Of a stretch of DNA of 64,000 bases, positions 12,101 to 27,100 are shown in pieces; positions within the stretch are counted from its first letter, which is position 1; each line of letters starts with the position of its first letter. This DNA is from Sphyrna mokarran (Eukaryota). The DNA lies in assembly GCA_024679065.1 (NCBI GenBank), contig JAGIQG010000019.1, positions 16,058,001 through 16,122,000 of the forward strand. The letters are read 5' to 3'. The position numbers and the translations under genes were made by a program. Under the pieces are notes generated by a model. That model was given only the letters and a program-made list of their open reading frames with translations, ran no database searches and had not been told where the DNA came from.

Positions 12101-15100
12101 GCAGGTCAATTATATTGTCATTCCTACAGACAACATGCCTGAGGTTCTGAAGGGAAACCTCAGAATCTGAGTGAGAGAATTATTGCTGAACTGCGTGATA
12201 GTTTGTGGGTCAGGTTTGATCTTTACTGAGGCGCAAGCAATTCCTGGTTAAGACTTTGGCTAAGGTAATGATGCTTATAATTAAACGTTTCCTTGGAAAT
12301 GAATTGCACTAGTAGTGAATAAATACTCTGTCCAAATGTCTGTGTTGTTTAGGGCCAACAAGAACTGCAGGAACTAGAGGAGCAACCACTTCAGAGACCA
12401 CCGTCATTGGTGAGTTTCGGTTTTATCGTGCATGCCACATTAAATCAATTTTTGTGCCTTGTGGACTAATGTTATTTCATCTTTTCTCTGCTTTCTAGGC
12501 CCAATGGCAATAACTGCGGCAGGTACACTTCCTGTTTCTGCGTGTAGAATTACTGATGAGCAGGGCTTCTTTCATGTTAGAAGCTGCTGTAGTTTTATGC
12601 TATTTGTGATTTTTAACACTACCGTACGCCTACAGTTACATAGAACATAGAACATTACAGCGCATTACAGGCCCTTCGGCCCTCGATGTTGCGCCGGCCA
12701 GTGGACCCTCTAACCTAAGCTATTCCAATATCATCCGTATGCCTATCCACCGACCATTTGAATGCCCCCAAAGTAGGCGAGTCCACAACTGCTGCAGGCA
12801 GGGCATTCCACGCCCTCACCACCCTCTGTGTAAAGAACCTGCCTCTGACATCCGTCCTATAACTACCACCTCTTAATTTAAAGTTATGTCCCCTCGTGTT
12901 GGTCATCACCATCCGAGGAAAAAGGCTCTCACTATCCACCCTATCCAGTCCTTTGATCATCTTATACGCCTCAATTAGGTCACCGCGTAACCTTCTCTCT
13001 AATGAAAATAACCTCAGGTCCCTCAGCCTTTCCTCATAAGGCCTTCCCACCATACCAGGCAACATCCTGGTAAACCTCCTCTGCACACTTTCCAATGCTT
13101 CCACATCTTTCTTATAATGCGGCGACCAGAACTGTACGCAATACTCCAAGTGCGGCCGCACCAGAGTTTTGTACAGTTGTAACATAACCTCACGGCTCCT
13201 AAATTCAATCCCTCTACCAATAAAAGCTAACACACCGTACGCCTTCTTAACAACTTTATCAACCTGGGTGCCAACTTTCAAAGAGCTATGTACTTGTACC
13301 CAAGATCCCTCTGCTCGACAACACTATTAAGGGTCCTTCCATTAGCCCTATATTTCATATGCCTGTTATTCCTACCAAAGTGAATCACCTCACACTTATC
13401 CGTATTGTATTCCATTTGCCTTGTTACATTGGACCTGCACCAGGTAGCAGGGCAGTTACTCAGTTTCTGAATATGTAACTGACAATGATTGAATGTATCC
13501 TCAGTGTCATACAAAGTTTGCGATGCTCAGGTATCCCAGGCAAGGGGAATGTTGTTGGTGCATCATTGTATTTTTAGTCCATTCGGATGGAAGGGTTTGA
13601 ATGTGTACCAGTTGCGTTGTTCCATGTTGTTATTGGAAAGCATCTTCTTCTTTGCATATGCTTGTTTTTCCTTTGTGCTGATAGAATGATCAACAGATAG
13701 GAATTATGATTGCTTCATTTCAGTTTTTGTATACATTTGCTTCTCAGTGCAGAAATTGTAAAAACATACATGTTGGTATTTCTCTTGTCTTATTACTAAT
13801 TGATACATGTTGACACTGACAGAACTTTTCATTGAAGGAAAATTGGAATATTAAGTGCTACCTGAAGAAGTAGATGTCTTGCATTATCAATTATAACAAT
13901 CAGAAGTGGACAGTGATATTGAATATGATTAGTAATGATGATGCAGATTGTGTGGCATGCCCCTGAAGTCAACTTGAGACCATGAATTACAGCATTTGTG
14001 CATTTGAAAAGATAATAATAAGAAAGACTTTCCAAACATTAATGAGCACTGGTAGAAGCTGGTTTTGACATTCTGCATTGCTGTTTTAGAAATGTATGTT
14101 GAAATTTAAAATTTGATATATTTTCATTTGTGTTTTGAAGAGCTAGGATTTTGGTGGTATTGACTTTAGATTGTTAAATCTATTTATTCACATCAGTGAT
14201 GATTGGTAAGGGATCAGGAGATTTGAGACGTACAATAATGCAGTTTGTCTGTGACCGAAAGGCCATATGGAAAACATTTGTAGATTTGCAGAATGACAGT
14301 CTTTTGGTTCAGCAGTGTGATAGACCTTTGTTGGTGAAATTTATATGGAGACATACAGATATAATTATTCCTTTCAACAAAATAAATTTGAAGCAGTAAA
14401 TTTCAATTTCATAATAAATTCCTGATCTGGAATTTTTTGAAAGTCATACTTTATTCTGTGGAAAATAAATGATTTAGTCACTGTTAAAATTTCACTTTCA
14501 CTGGCAAATAATATCAAGAAAATTTAGTGTCACATTTGCTGACCCCATGTTGAATATTTTGTAATTGCCTGAAAAGAGCTGGTTTATGAAGGCTACTTTG
14601 TCGAGGACCTATTCTGAATAGTAAGCATTGCATTTGTGGAGGGGAATGATTAATTTTGTAGTTAGTGAATAGATATTTTCCTTTCTCCTTCGCAATGTGG
14701 AACCAGTTGAAGCTTTGATTGACATAATGATGCTAAGATGAATAAAAAGTCTTGGGAAACAATTGCAACATGAATGAATAAATATTTTGTACAAATTCTG
14801 CTTCTCTTTAGGGCCAACACCTTTCACAGGAACTGGAAAACCTACAACTGCAGAGACTACTGTCAGTGGTGAGTCTTGTCTTTAGCATCCTCGTCATCTG
14901 AAATTAATTGATTTGATCGGTAGGTTAATGTTGTTTCAAATTTGCTCGATTACATAGGGCCAACAGCAATGACTCCATCAGGTGTACCAACTGTTCCTGT
15001 GACAGCAATTACTGGTGAGTAGATCTCCTTACATATTATAACTTGATGTTAATGTTAAGCAATTTGTAATTTAATACTCCGCAGCATTTTTCCTGTTAAC

Positions 15101-18100
15101 TTGAACCAGCACCGACTCAGATGTTGTAACTTCCATTGTTTCTGAAACGAAAGGCCTGATTTTACCATTTTCATTCTTAAGTGCTGATTCTGGGCATACA
15201 GATCCAACTTTGAAATTCGCTTTCAGGCGCCCCCATATGTTCTCAGCCACCTCCAGTCCGATTGCATTGTGGTCTGGGCTTATTGCTGTTGGAACGATAG
15301 GAGCTCTTAACCGTGCATGTGCAGTTAGAAAAAAATTGGAATTGCTCCTGCGCTGCAGAAAGCAGAGAAATGGGCCTGGGAGTGAAAAGCGGAAGCTTGT
15401 ATCTCTGGGTGGGGTGGGGGAGGAGGAGGTGGTAAGATGTATGTGGAGGGGGGCAATGAAGTGTGTGGGTGCTGGGGGGGATGGATAAGAGGACATACAC
15501 ACATCACTGCCCTCCTTATCCACCTCCCACTATCCAGACCGATCACCACTCCTGCCCTGCCCTCCCCCCAGCCCCCCACTCCGATTTGCCCGCGGAGTGG
15601 CAGAGGACCCTCCCAGCTCACCCACCAGAAATCCATCTTTCCTGCTTCCCTCCTCACTCCTTCCACCAGCCAAGACACCGATCTGGCCTCACACCCCACC
15701 CTCCCTCCCTTCCAACAAACTTGACTGACACCCCCATCGCCCCCCCCGCCCACCACCACCACCACCATCAAACAGCGACCTCCCTCCCTCCCCACTACCA
15801 GACAATGATCAGCTCTCCCTCCTCACCCCCACCACAGGACAATGGTCAAACTCCCCTTACTCCCATGGACAGAGCTACATCTGACCCACATCACCACCCC
15901 TCCCGCCCCAAACAGACATTGATCTGACCTCATTCTCCTCCTCCCCTTCCAACCAAGAGAATGATCTTACATGCCTCCACCCTCACTTCCATCACCTGAG
16001 TCAGAGATGCAAAGAAATCCCACAACACCAGTTTAAAGTCCAAACAGGTTTATTTGTAGCAAAAGCCTGAAGCTTTCGGAACAAGTGGCTGGGAGTTCTG
16101 GTCATAAAAATGACACAAACTCAATTTACATGCATAATGATTGGAATGTGAGACTTTACAGCTAATCAATTCTTCAAGGTACAGACAATGTGAGTGGAAA
16201 GAAATTTAAGAGCAGGTTAAAGAAATGTGTATTGTTTCCAGACAGGAAAGTTAGTGAGATTTTGCAAGTCCAGGCAAGTTGTGGGGGTTACAGATAATGT
16301 GACATGAACATAAGATCCCGATTGAGGCCATTCTCTTTTACCTCAGTACAACGCTGGCTTCTCCACATCCTGAGTCAGAGAGCCATTGCAATCACTGAAC
16401 ACACTCTTCAGAGGCTGGAGCATCTGACTCAGACTTTTATTCAGCAGGTCCGTAAAAGTGCGGTTCCAGATTGGTAAACGCAGTGGTAAAGGGGGAAATG
16501 CTGATAGAGTTTGGTGGGCAGTTCATTAATTCAATTTAAATGCATGCAAATTGCAACCGATCTGGGCGCAGAATAGATCTCTGCCATTCGTGGGTCTTGG
16601 TAAAATGGTGATCTGTGTGAACTCGAGTGCAAATTGCAATAAAGGCCTCACACCCGAATTTACCACAATTTTGTGGACAAAAATGGGTGCAAATTGTTGG
16701 TAAAATCGGGCTCAAGAGTTATCATGGATGTATTTACTTATTGTTCCAGTAATATTTGAGAGCCTTGAATGATTAGCTTTCTCAAGTGAGGAAGATTTGA
16801 AACTTGTGAAATTTCACGTTGTGTTTGCTGAGAGCAGGTCCGTCATATTGCTATTCCTTAAGGCAACATGGCTGTTCTGAAGGGAAACCTCAGAATTTGA
16901 GTTAGAGAATTATTGTTGATCTGCGAAATAGTTTATGCATCATGTTTGATACTTGCTGACTGTAAGCAATTCCTGGTTAAGAATTTGGCTAAGATAATGA
17001 TGCTTATAACTAAACATTTCTGTGGAAATGAATTGCAGTAGTAGTGAATAAATAATCTGTCCAAATGTATGTGCTGTTTAGGGCCAACAACAACTGCAAG
17101 AACTGGAGGACCAATCACTTTGGAGACCACCATCAGTGGTGAGTTTTGGTGCAATTGTACCTGCAGCATGAAATTAATCTGTGTGCTTCATGGATTAATG
17201 TTGTTTCAACTTATTTCTGCTCCCTGGCGCCTGTACCAATGACTGTGACAGGTATGTTTCCTGTTTCTGCGAGCAGAATCACTGGTAAGCAGAGCTATTT
17301 CATGCTATAAGCTGCTGTTAGTGTTGTGCTATTTGTGACTTTTAACTCTTCCATGTGTCTGCAGTTAAACTGGAACCACTTCGGAAAGCAGGAGAGTCAC
17401 TTCATTTCTGAAACTGTGATTAACAATGATTGAATGTATTCTCAGTGTCATATGATGTTTGTGCTGCCAAGGTGTCCCAGGCAAGGGACATGTTGTTGGT
17501 GCATCATTGCAGTTCACTGTATTTTCAGTCATTCAGGTGGAAAGGTTTGATTGTGTACCAGTTGAGTAGTTCAATATTGCTTTTGATAAGTATCTTCTTG
17601 TTTAAATGTGTTTGTTTTTGCTTTGTCCTGATGGTAAAACAGTCAACAGATAGGAATGAGTGATTGTTTTATTTCAGTTTTTGTACACGTTTGCTTCTTA
17701 GTGCGGAAACTGTAAACACATGCATGTTGGTGTTTTACTTGCCTCACTGCTAATTGATATATATTCATGTTGACACAGACTGAGCTTTTCATTGAACAGA
17801 AATTGGAATATTAAGTGCTACCTGATACAGTAGATGTCTGACATTATCAATTATAATGTTTGGAAGAGGACAGTGTTATTGAATAAGATTATTGATCATA
17901 ATGCAGGTTGTGTGACGTATCTCTGAAGTCAGCTTGAGAACATGATTGTCAGCATTTATGAATTTAAGAAGATAGTAATAAGGAACAGTGTCCAAACTTT
18001 AATGAGAAGTGGAAGGTCCTGATTTTGAACATTCTGCATTGCTATTTTGGAAGCATATATTGAAATTTAGAACTTGATATATTTACATTTGCATTTTGAA

Positions 18101-21100
18101 GAGTTTGCATCTTGGTGCTATTGATTTTAGATCGCGAAATCCATTTATTTGCATGAATGATGATAGGTAAGGCAACAGGAGATTTCAGATATACAATAAT
18201 GCATAGTCTGTCTGTGACCAAAAGGCCAAATGGAAAGCATCTCATTTGCCGAGTTGCAGAATGAATGATGGGTAGATTAATATTGTTTCAAATTTGCTCC
18301 ACTCCTTGGGGCCAATAACAATGACTCCATCAGGTGAACCAATCGTTCCAAAAACAACAATTACTGGTGAGTAGATGTTCTTGCATATCAAAACCTGATA
18401 TTAACGTTGAGCTATTTGTAATTTAATACTCTACTGCATTTTTTCTGTTAACTTGGACCAGCAACAACTCAGATGATAGTAACTCCCATTGTTTCTCACA
18501 CTGGGAATAACGGTGGGTGTATTAATTCACATTGGCACAATATTTTAGAATCTTGAATAATTATCTTTCACAAGCAAACAACATTTGAAACTTGTGACAT
18601 TTAACATTGTGTTGCTGAGAGCAGGTCAATGATATTGTTATTCCTTCAATCATTCTACTTGAGGAACTGTTCTGAATTGCAGCAGTATTGAATAAGTATT
18701 CTGTACAAATTCCGTTTTTAGGGCCGACACCATTCATAGGAACTGGAAGACCTACAACTTCAGAGACAACCGTCAGTGGTGAGTGTTGTTTTTGACATTC
18801 TCATCAACTGAAATTAATTTATTTGATGGATAGATTAATATTGTTTCAAATTTGCTCAATAATATAGGGCCAACAGCAATGACTCCATCAGGTGTACCAA
18901 CTGTTCCCAAGACAGGAATTACTGGTGAGTAGATCTCCTTGCACATTAAAACCTTAATTTTGAGCTTTTTATATTTAATACTCTGCAGCATTTTTTCTGT
19001 TAACTTGGACCAGCAGCAACTCAGATGATAACAACACGCATTGTTTCTGACACTGAGATAATGATGGATATATTAATTGACATTGTCACAATAATGTTTC
19101 AGAATCTTGAATAATTAACTTTCACAAGCAAACAGCATTTAAAACTTGTGAAATTTAATGTTGAGTTGCTGAGAGCAGATCAGCGATCAGTCAACATACC
19201 TGAGGAACTGTTCCGAAGGGAAACCCCAGAATTTGGGTGAGGGAATTATTGCTGATCTCGAACGTTTATGGGTCATGGTTGATCTTTGCTGAGATGCAAG
19301 CAATACCTGGTTAAGAATTTACTAAGATAATGATGCTTATAATTCAACATTTCCTTGAAAATAAATAGCAGTAGTAATGAATAAATACTCTGTCCAAATG
19401 TCTGTACTGTTTAGGGCCAACAGGAACTGGAGGACCAACCACTTCAGAGACCACCATCAGTGGTGAGTTTCCGTTTATCGTATTCACCACATAAAATTAA
19501 TTTGTGTGCTTCATGGACTCATCTTGTTTCCTATTATCTCTGCTCCCCAGGCCCAATGGGAATGACTGTGACAGGTACACTTCCCGTTTCTGAGAGCAGA
19601 ATTACTGGTGAGCAGAGCTTCTTTCATGTTATAAGCTGCTGTTAGTTTTTTTGCTATTTGTGTTTTTTAACTGTACCATAGGTCTGCAGTTATGTTGGAC
19701 CTGCACCAAGTAGCAGGGTAGTCACTCAGTTTCTGAAACAATTCTGATTGACAATGATTGAATGTATTCTCAGTGCCATACGGTGTTTGCAATGCCAAAG
19801 TGTTCCAGGGAAGAGAGATGTTGTTGGTGCGTCATTGCAGTATTTTCAGTGCATTCAGATGGAAGATTTTGAATGTCTATCACTTGAATTGTTCCGTATT
19901 GCTTTTGGTCAGCATCTTCTTGTTTGAACGTGCTTGTTTTTGCTTTGTGCTGCAAGTGAAATGTTCAACAGATAGGAATTAGTGATGGGTTTATTTCAAT
20001 TTTTGTACACATTTGCTTCTCAGTGCAGAAACTGTAAAGACATGCATGTTGGTGTTTCACTTGCCTGCTAATAGATGCATATTCATGCTGAAACTGAAGG
20101 AGCTTTTCATGAATAGAAATTGGAATAATAAATGCCACCTGATAGAAAAGATGTCTTGCATTATCAATTGTAATGTTTAAAAGTGGGCAGTGTTACTGAA
20201 AATGATTATTGATTATAATGTAGGTTGTGCCTGTGATATCCATGAATGGCAGCATTTATGAATTTAAAAAGATAATGAGGCAGACTGTCCAAACTTTAAT
20301 GAGCACCGGAAGATCCTGGTTTTGACATTCTACATTGCTATTTTGGGAGCATATACTGAAATTTAATATTAAACACATTTTCATTTGCATTTTGAAGAGC
20401 TAGGATTTTGGTGCTATTGATTTTAGATCGCTAAATGCATTTACTTCTATGAGTGATGATTGTTAAGGCATCTGGAGATTTGAGATGTACAATAATGCAT
20501 GGTTTGTCTGTGACCAAAAAGCCTACTGGAAAGTTCCTCATTTATAGCCTTGCAGAATGACAGAACCTTTTGATTCGGCAGTATGATAGACCTTGCTGGC
20601 GAAATTTATGTGCAGATGGACAGACATAATTATTCCTTCCAACAGAATAAATTCACAGCAATAAATTTTAATATTGTAATGAATTCCTGATCAGAAATGT
20701 CATTTGTTCAGTCGGATTTTTGAAAGACAAACATTATTCTTTGGAAAACGAGTGATTTAGTCAGCTTTTTCACTTTTTACTGGCAAATAACATCCAAATC
20801 ATTTTGTGAAATTTAATGCTCCATTTGCTGACTCCATGTTGAAATTTTTGTAATTACCTGAAAAGTAGCTGGTTTTTGTCGACAAGTTGGTCGAGGAGCT
20901 GTTCTGAATGATAAGTGCTGCATTTGTGGAAAGGAATGATTAATTTTCTAGTTTGCCTATGGATATTTTCCTTTTTCCTTCATGAAGTGAAACCATTTGT
21001 CCCTCAAGGCTTTGACTGACATAATGATGTGAAGATGAACAAAAAATCTTGGGAAATTGTGAAGGAATCATTGATGATCTGTGAGATAGTTTTTGGGTCA

Positions 21101-24100
21101 TGTTTGATCCTGACTGAAGTGCAAGCAATTCCTGGTTAAGAATTTGACTATGATAGTGATTTTATTGGAAATGAATTGCAGTAGCAGTGAATAAATGCTC
21201 TCTCCAAATGTCTGTGCTGTTTAGGGCCAAGAAGAACTGCAAGAACTGGAGGACCAACCACTTCAGAGACCACCATCAGTGGTGAGTTTTAGTTTATTGT
21301 ACTCACTACATGAAATTAATTTGTGTGCTTCACGGACTCATCTTGTTTCATCTTATCTCTGCTCCCCAGGCCCAATGGGAATGACTGTGACGGGTACACT
21401 TCCCGTTTCTGAGAGCAGAATTACTGGTGAGTAGAGCTTCTTTCATGTTAAAAAATGCTGTTAGTTTTGTGCTATTTGTGTTTTTTAACTCTACCATAGG
21501 TCTATAGTTACATTGGAGCTGCACCAGGGAACAGGACAGTCACTCAGATAATTTCTGAACCTGTGATTAACAATGATTGAATGTATTCTCAGTGCCATGT
21601 AATGTTTGCGATGCCATAGTGTCCCCGGCAAGGGATATGTTATTGGTGTGCCATTACAGTTCACTGTATTTTCAGTCCATTCAGATGGAAGGTTTTGTAT
21701 GTGTACCTGTTGAGTTATTTCATATTGGATTTGATGAGCATCTTCTTGTTTGAATGTGCTTGTGTTTGCTTTGTGCTGAATGTAAAATGTTTAACAGATA
21801 AGAATTAGTGATTGCTTTATTTCAGTTTTTGTACACATTTGCTCCTCAGTGCAGAAACTGTAAAGACATGCATGTTGGCGTTTCACTTGCCTGCTAATAG
21901 ATGCATATTCATGTTGACACTAAGGAGCTTTCCACTGAATGGAAATTGGAATAACAAATGCTACCTGATAGAGTAGATGACTTGCATTATCAATTATGAT
22001 GTTTGAAAGAGAGCAGTGTATTTGAATAAGATAATTGATCACAATGTAAATTGTGTCCATAAAGTCTGCTTGAGACAATGAATGGCAGCATTTATGAGTT
22101 TAAAAAGATAGTAAGTAATAAGTCATACCGTCCAAATTTAATGAGCAGTGGAAGATTGTGGTTTTGACTTTATGCCTTGCTGTTTTGGAAGCATATATCA
22201 AAGTATGAAATTTAACATATTTTCATTTCCATTTTGAAGAGCTAGGATTTTGTTGCTATTGATTTTAGATCGCTAAATGCATTTATTGACGTGAACGATG
22301 GTTGGTAAGACATCCGGAGATTTTGAGATGTACAATAATGCATGTTTTATCAGTGACTGAAAAGTCTACTGGAAAGCCCTTACTTGTAGCCTTGCAGAAT
22401 GACAGGATGTTTTATTTAATTTGGCAGTATGCTTGTGAAATTTATATGCAGATAGACAGACACAACTATTCCTTCCAGCAGAATAAATTTAAAGCAGTAA
22501 ATTTCAATATCATAATGAATTCTTGATCAGAAATGCCACTTGTTTAGTGGGATTTTGGAAAGATGCACTTTATTCTTTGGAAAACAAATGATTTAGTCAA
22601 CTTTGGGATTTCACCTTTAATGGCAAATAGCATCCAAATCATTTTGGGCAAATTTAATGCTATATTTGCTGAGTTCATGTTGATTTATTTTGTAATTACT
22701 TGAAAAGTAGCTGGTTTTTGAAAGCAACTTGGTCGAGTAACTGTTCTGAATTGTAAGCGCTGCATTTGTGGAAGGGAATGATTAACTTTGTAGTTAGTGA
22801 ACGGATATTTTCCTTTTTTCCTTCCCAATGTGGAGCCATTTGCCACTTGAGGTTTTGAACGACAGAATGATGCTGAGATGAATAAAAAGTCTTGGGTAAA
22901 GTTGCAGCAGTAATGAATAAATATTGTGTACAAATTCTGCTTCTCTTTAGGGCCGACACCATTCAGAGGAATTGGAAGACCTACAACTTCAGAGACTACT
23001 GTCACTGGTGAGTATTTTTTTGGCATCTTTGTCACGAGAAATTAATATATTTGATGGGTAGATTAATACTTTTTTCGAATTTGCTCCACTCCTTAGGGCC
23101 AACAGCAAAGACTTCATCAGGTGCCCCAATTGTTCCTGAGACAGCAATTACTGGTGAGTAGATCTTCTTACACATTAGAAACTCATTAATTTTGAGCTAT
23201 TTGTAACTTAATGCTCTGCAGCATTTTTTCTCTTACCTTGGACCAGCATTAAATACAATGATAGTAAATCCTGTTGTTTCTGAAACGAAGAGTAATGATG
23301 TATGTATTCATTCACATGTCACAATAATAATTCACAACTTGAATAATTAGCTTTCACAAGCAAACAACATTTGGAACTTGTGAAATTTAATATTGTGTTG
23401 CCTGAGGAACGCAGGTCAATTATAATTGTTATTCTTCAGGAAAACAGCCTGAGAATTGTTGTAAGGGAAAACCTCAGAATTTGGAGGGAGAGTAATTATT
23501 GCTGAATTCTGCGCGATAGTTTATGGGTCAGTTTGATATTACTGAGGCGGCAAGCCATACCTGGGGTAAGAATTTGTGTCAGATATAATGCTTGGAAAGA
23601 ATTGCAGTAGCTAGTGACTAAATACTCTGTCTAAATGTCTGTTTTGTTTAGGGCCAACAAGGAACTGCAGACTGAAGGACCAAATCACTCAGAGACACAC
23701 GTCATGGGTGAGTTTCGTTTTTATCGTGCGTGCCACATCCAATTAATTTGTGTGCTTTGTGGACTAATGTTGTTTCATCTTATCCTTGCTCCCTAGGGCC
23801 AGTGGCAATGACTGTGACAGGTACGCTTCCCGTTTCTGTGAGCAAAATTACTGGTGAGCAGAGCTTCTTTCATGTTATAAGCTGCTGTTTGTTTTGTGGT
23901 ATTTGTGAATTTTAATGCTACCGTAGGTGTATAGTTTCATTGGACCTGCACCTGGTCCACTCAGTGGACAGTCACTCAGTTTTTGAAAATGTAAGTAACA
24001 ATGATTGAATGTATTCTCAGTTTCATACGATGTTTGCAATGCCAAAGTGTCCCAGGCAAGGGACTTGTTGTTGGTGCGCTGTTGCAGTTCGCAATATTTT

Positions 24101-27100
24101 CAGTCCATTCAGTGGAAGGGTTTGAATGTGTACCAGTTGAGTTGTTTTATACTGCTTTCAGTAAGCATCTTTTTGTTTCAATGTGCTCGTTTTTGCTTTA
24201 TCCCGATGGTAAAATGGTTAACAGATAGGAATTAGTGATATTTGTACTTCACGTTTGCTTCTCAATGCAGAAGCTGTAAAGACATGCATTTTGTTGGTTC
24301 ACATGCTGCATTTCTAAATGATGTATATTCATGTTGAGACAAAAAAGGTTTTCATTGAATGGAAATTGGAACAGTAAATGCTACATGCCACAGTAGATAT
24401 GTTGCATTATCAATTATAACATTCAGAAGAGGATGTTGTTATTGAATATGCTTATTAATGATAATGCAGGATTTGCAGCATGCCCTTGAAGTCAACTTGA
24501 AACCATGAGTTGCAGCATTTGTGAATTTGAAAAGATAGTACAAAGGAAGATTTTCCAAACATTAATGAGCACTGGTAGATCCTGGTTTTGACATTCTGCA
24601 TTGCTGTTTTAGAGCCTTGCATTGAAATTTAAAATTTGATGTATTTATATTTGCATTTTGAAGAGCACTAACTTGGATGATAGTAACTCCCATTGTTTCT
24701 GAAATGAAAATGGGTGTATTTTTGCATTGTCACAATAATATTTCAGAGCCTGAAAGAATTAGCTTTCACAAGGAAACAACATTGGAAACTTGTGAAATTT
24801 AATGCTGTGTTGCTAACTGCAGGTCAATGATATTGTTGCCTGGTTGAAGGATTGTTGTGAAGGGAAACCTCAGAATTGGAGTGAGGGAATTATTGCTAAT
24901 ATGCGAGATAATTTATGGATCGTGTTTGAGTCTGACTGAGGTGCCAGCAATTCCTGGTTAAGAATTTGACCAAGGTATTGGTGCTATTAACTTTAGATCG
25001 CCAAATCCATTTCTTCACGAGTGATGATTGGTCAGGGATCAAGAGATTTGAAATGTACAATAATGCATGGTTTGTTTGTGACCGAAACGCTGAATGGAAA
25101 ACACCTCATTTGTCAATTTGCACAATGACATAGTCTTTTATTTTGGTTTGGCAGTGTGATAGGTCTTGCTGGTGAAATTTGTATGCAGACATACAGACAT
25201 AATTTTTCTTTCCAACAAAATAAATTCAAGGCTGAAAATTTTAATATCATAATGAATTCCTGATCAGGATTGTCACCTGTGGGATTTTTGAAAGACATAC
25301 ATTGTTCTTTGGTAAATAAATGATTTAGTCCATGTTAAAATTTCACTTTCGGTAGCAAATAATATCCAAATAATTTTGAGAAAATTTAGTGCCACATTTG
25401 TTGACCCATGTTGATTTTTTTTTTGTAATTATCTGAAAAGTAGCTGGTTTTTCAAGGCAACTTGGTCAAGGCAACTGGTTCTGAATGGTGAGCACTGCAT
25501 TTGTCAAAGGGAATGATTAATTTTGTAGTTTGCGAACCAATGTTTTCCTTTTTCCTTTGCAATGTGGAACCATTTGCCACTTGAAGCTTTGACTGACATA
25601 ATGATGTTAAGATGAATAAAATATCTTGGGAAATAATTTCAATGGTAATGAATAGATATTCTGTACAAGTTCTGCTTCTCTTTAGGGCCGACCCCATTCA
25701 CAGGAACTGGAAGACCTACAACTTCAGCAACTACGGTCAGTGGTGAGTATTGTTTTTAGCATCCTCATCATCTGAAATTGATTTATTTGATGGGTAAATT
25801 CATGTTGTTTCAAATTTGCTCGACTACATAGGGCCAACAGCAATGACTCCATCAGGTGTACCAACTGTTTCTGAGATAGCAATTACTGGTGAGTAGATCT
25901 GCTTACACATTATAACCTGATACTCATGTTGGGGAATTTGTAATTTAATACTCGGCAGCATTTTTCTGATACCTTAGCCCAGTACCGACTCGATGATGAT
26001 AAGTCCCATTGTTTCTGAAACGAAAATGGATGCATTTTCTTAATGTCACAATAATATTTCAGAGCCTGAAAGAATTAGCTTTCACAAGGAAACAACATTA
26101 GAAACTTGTAAAACTGCTGACAGCAAGTCAATGATATTGCTGCCAGGCTGAGGAACTGTTCTGGAGGGAAACCTCTGAATTGGAGTAAGGGAACTATTGC
26201 TGATATGGGAAATAATTTATGGATTATGTTTGAGTCTTACTGAGGTGCCAGCAATGCCTGGTTAAGAATTTGACTAAGATATTGATGCGTATAATTAAAC
26301 ATTGCCTTGGAAATGAATCATAGTATAATATATAAATAATCCGTATCAATTTTCATCCTGTTTAGGGCCAACAATAACTGTAGGAACTGGAGGACCAACA
26401 ACTTCAGAGACCACCGTCAGTGGTGAGTTTTGGTTTATTGCACTCACCAGATGAAATCAATTTGTGTGCTTCATGGACACATGTTGTTCTTCATGTTGTT
26501 TCATCTTATCTCTGCTCCCTAGGCCCAATGGGAATGACTGTGACAGGTACACTTCCTGTTTCTGAGAGCAGAATTACTGGTGAGCAGAGCTTCTTTCATG
26601 TTATAAGCTGCTGTTAGTTTTGTGTTATTTGTGTTTTTTAACTGCGGACCTATGCTAGAGTTATGTTGGACCTGCACCAAGTAGCAGGGCAGACACTCAG
26701 TTTCTGAAACAATTCTGATTGACAATGATTGAATGTATTCTCAGTGCCATACGGTGTTTGCAATGCCAAAGTGTTCCAGGGAAGAGAGATGTTGTTGATG
26801 CATCATTGCAGTATTTTCAGTGCATTCAGATGGAAGATTTTGAATGTGTATCATTTGAATTGTTCCGTATTGCTTTTGGTCAGCATCTTCTTGTTTGAAC
26901 GTGCTTGTTTTTGCTTTGTGCTGCAAGTGAAATGTTCAACAGATAGGAATTAGTGATGGGTTTATTTCAATTTTTGTACACATTTGCTTCTCAGTGCAGA
27001 AACTGTAAAGACATGCATGTTGGTGTTTCACTTGCCTGCTAATTAATGTATATTCATGCTGAAACTGAAGGAGCTTTTCATGAATAGAAATTGGAATAAT

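Noticed and set aside
12715-13281. 188-aa ORF as a host gene
   Set aside because: It is the C-terminus of CR1 ORF2 in a 5'-truncated insertion with a target-site duplication.
15071-15927. Overlapping Pro/Gly-rich ORFs of 150+ aa
   Set aside because: Low-complexity C-rich interior of a non-autonomous transposon, where stops are rare by composition.
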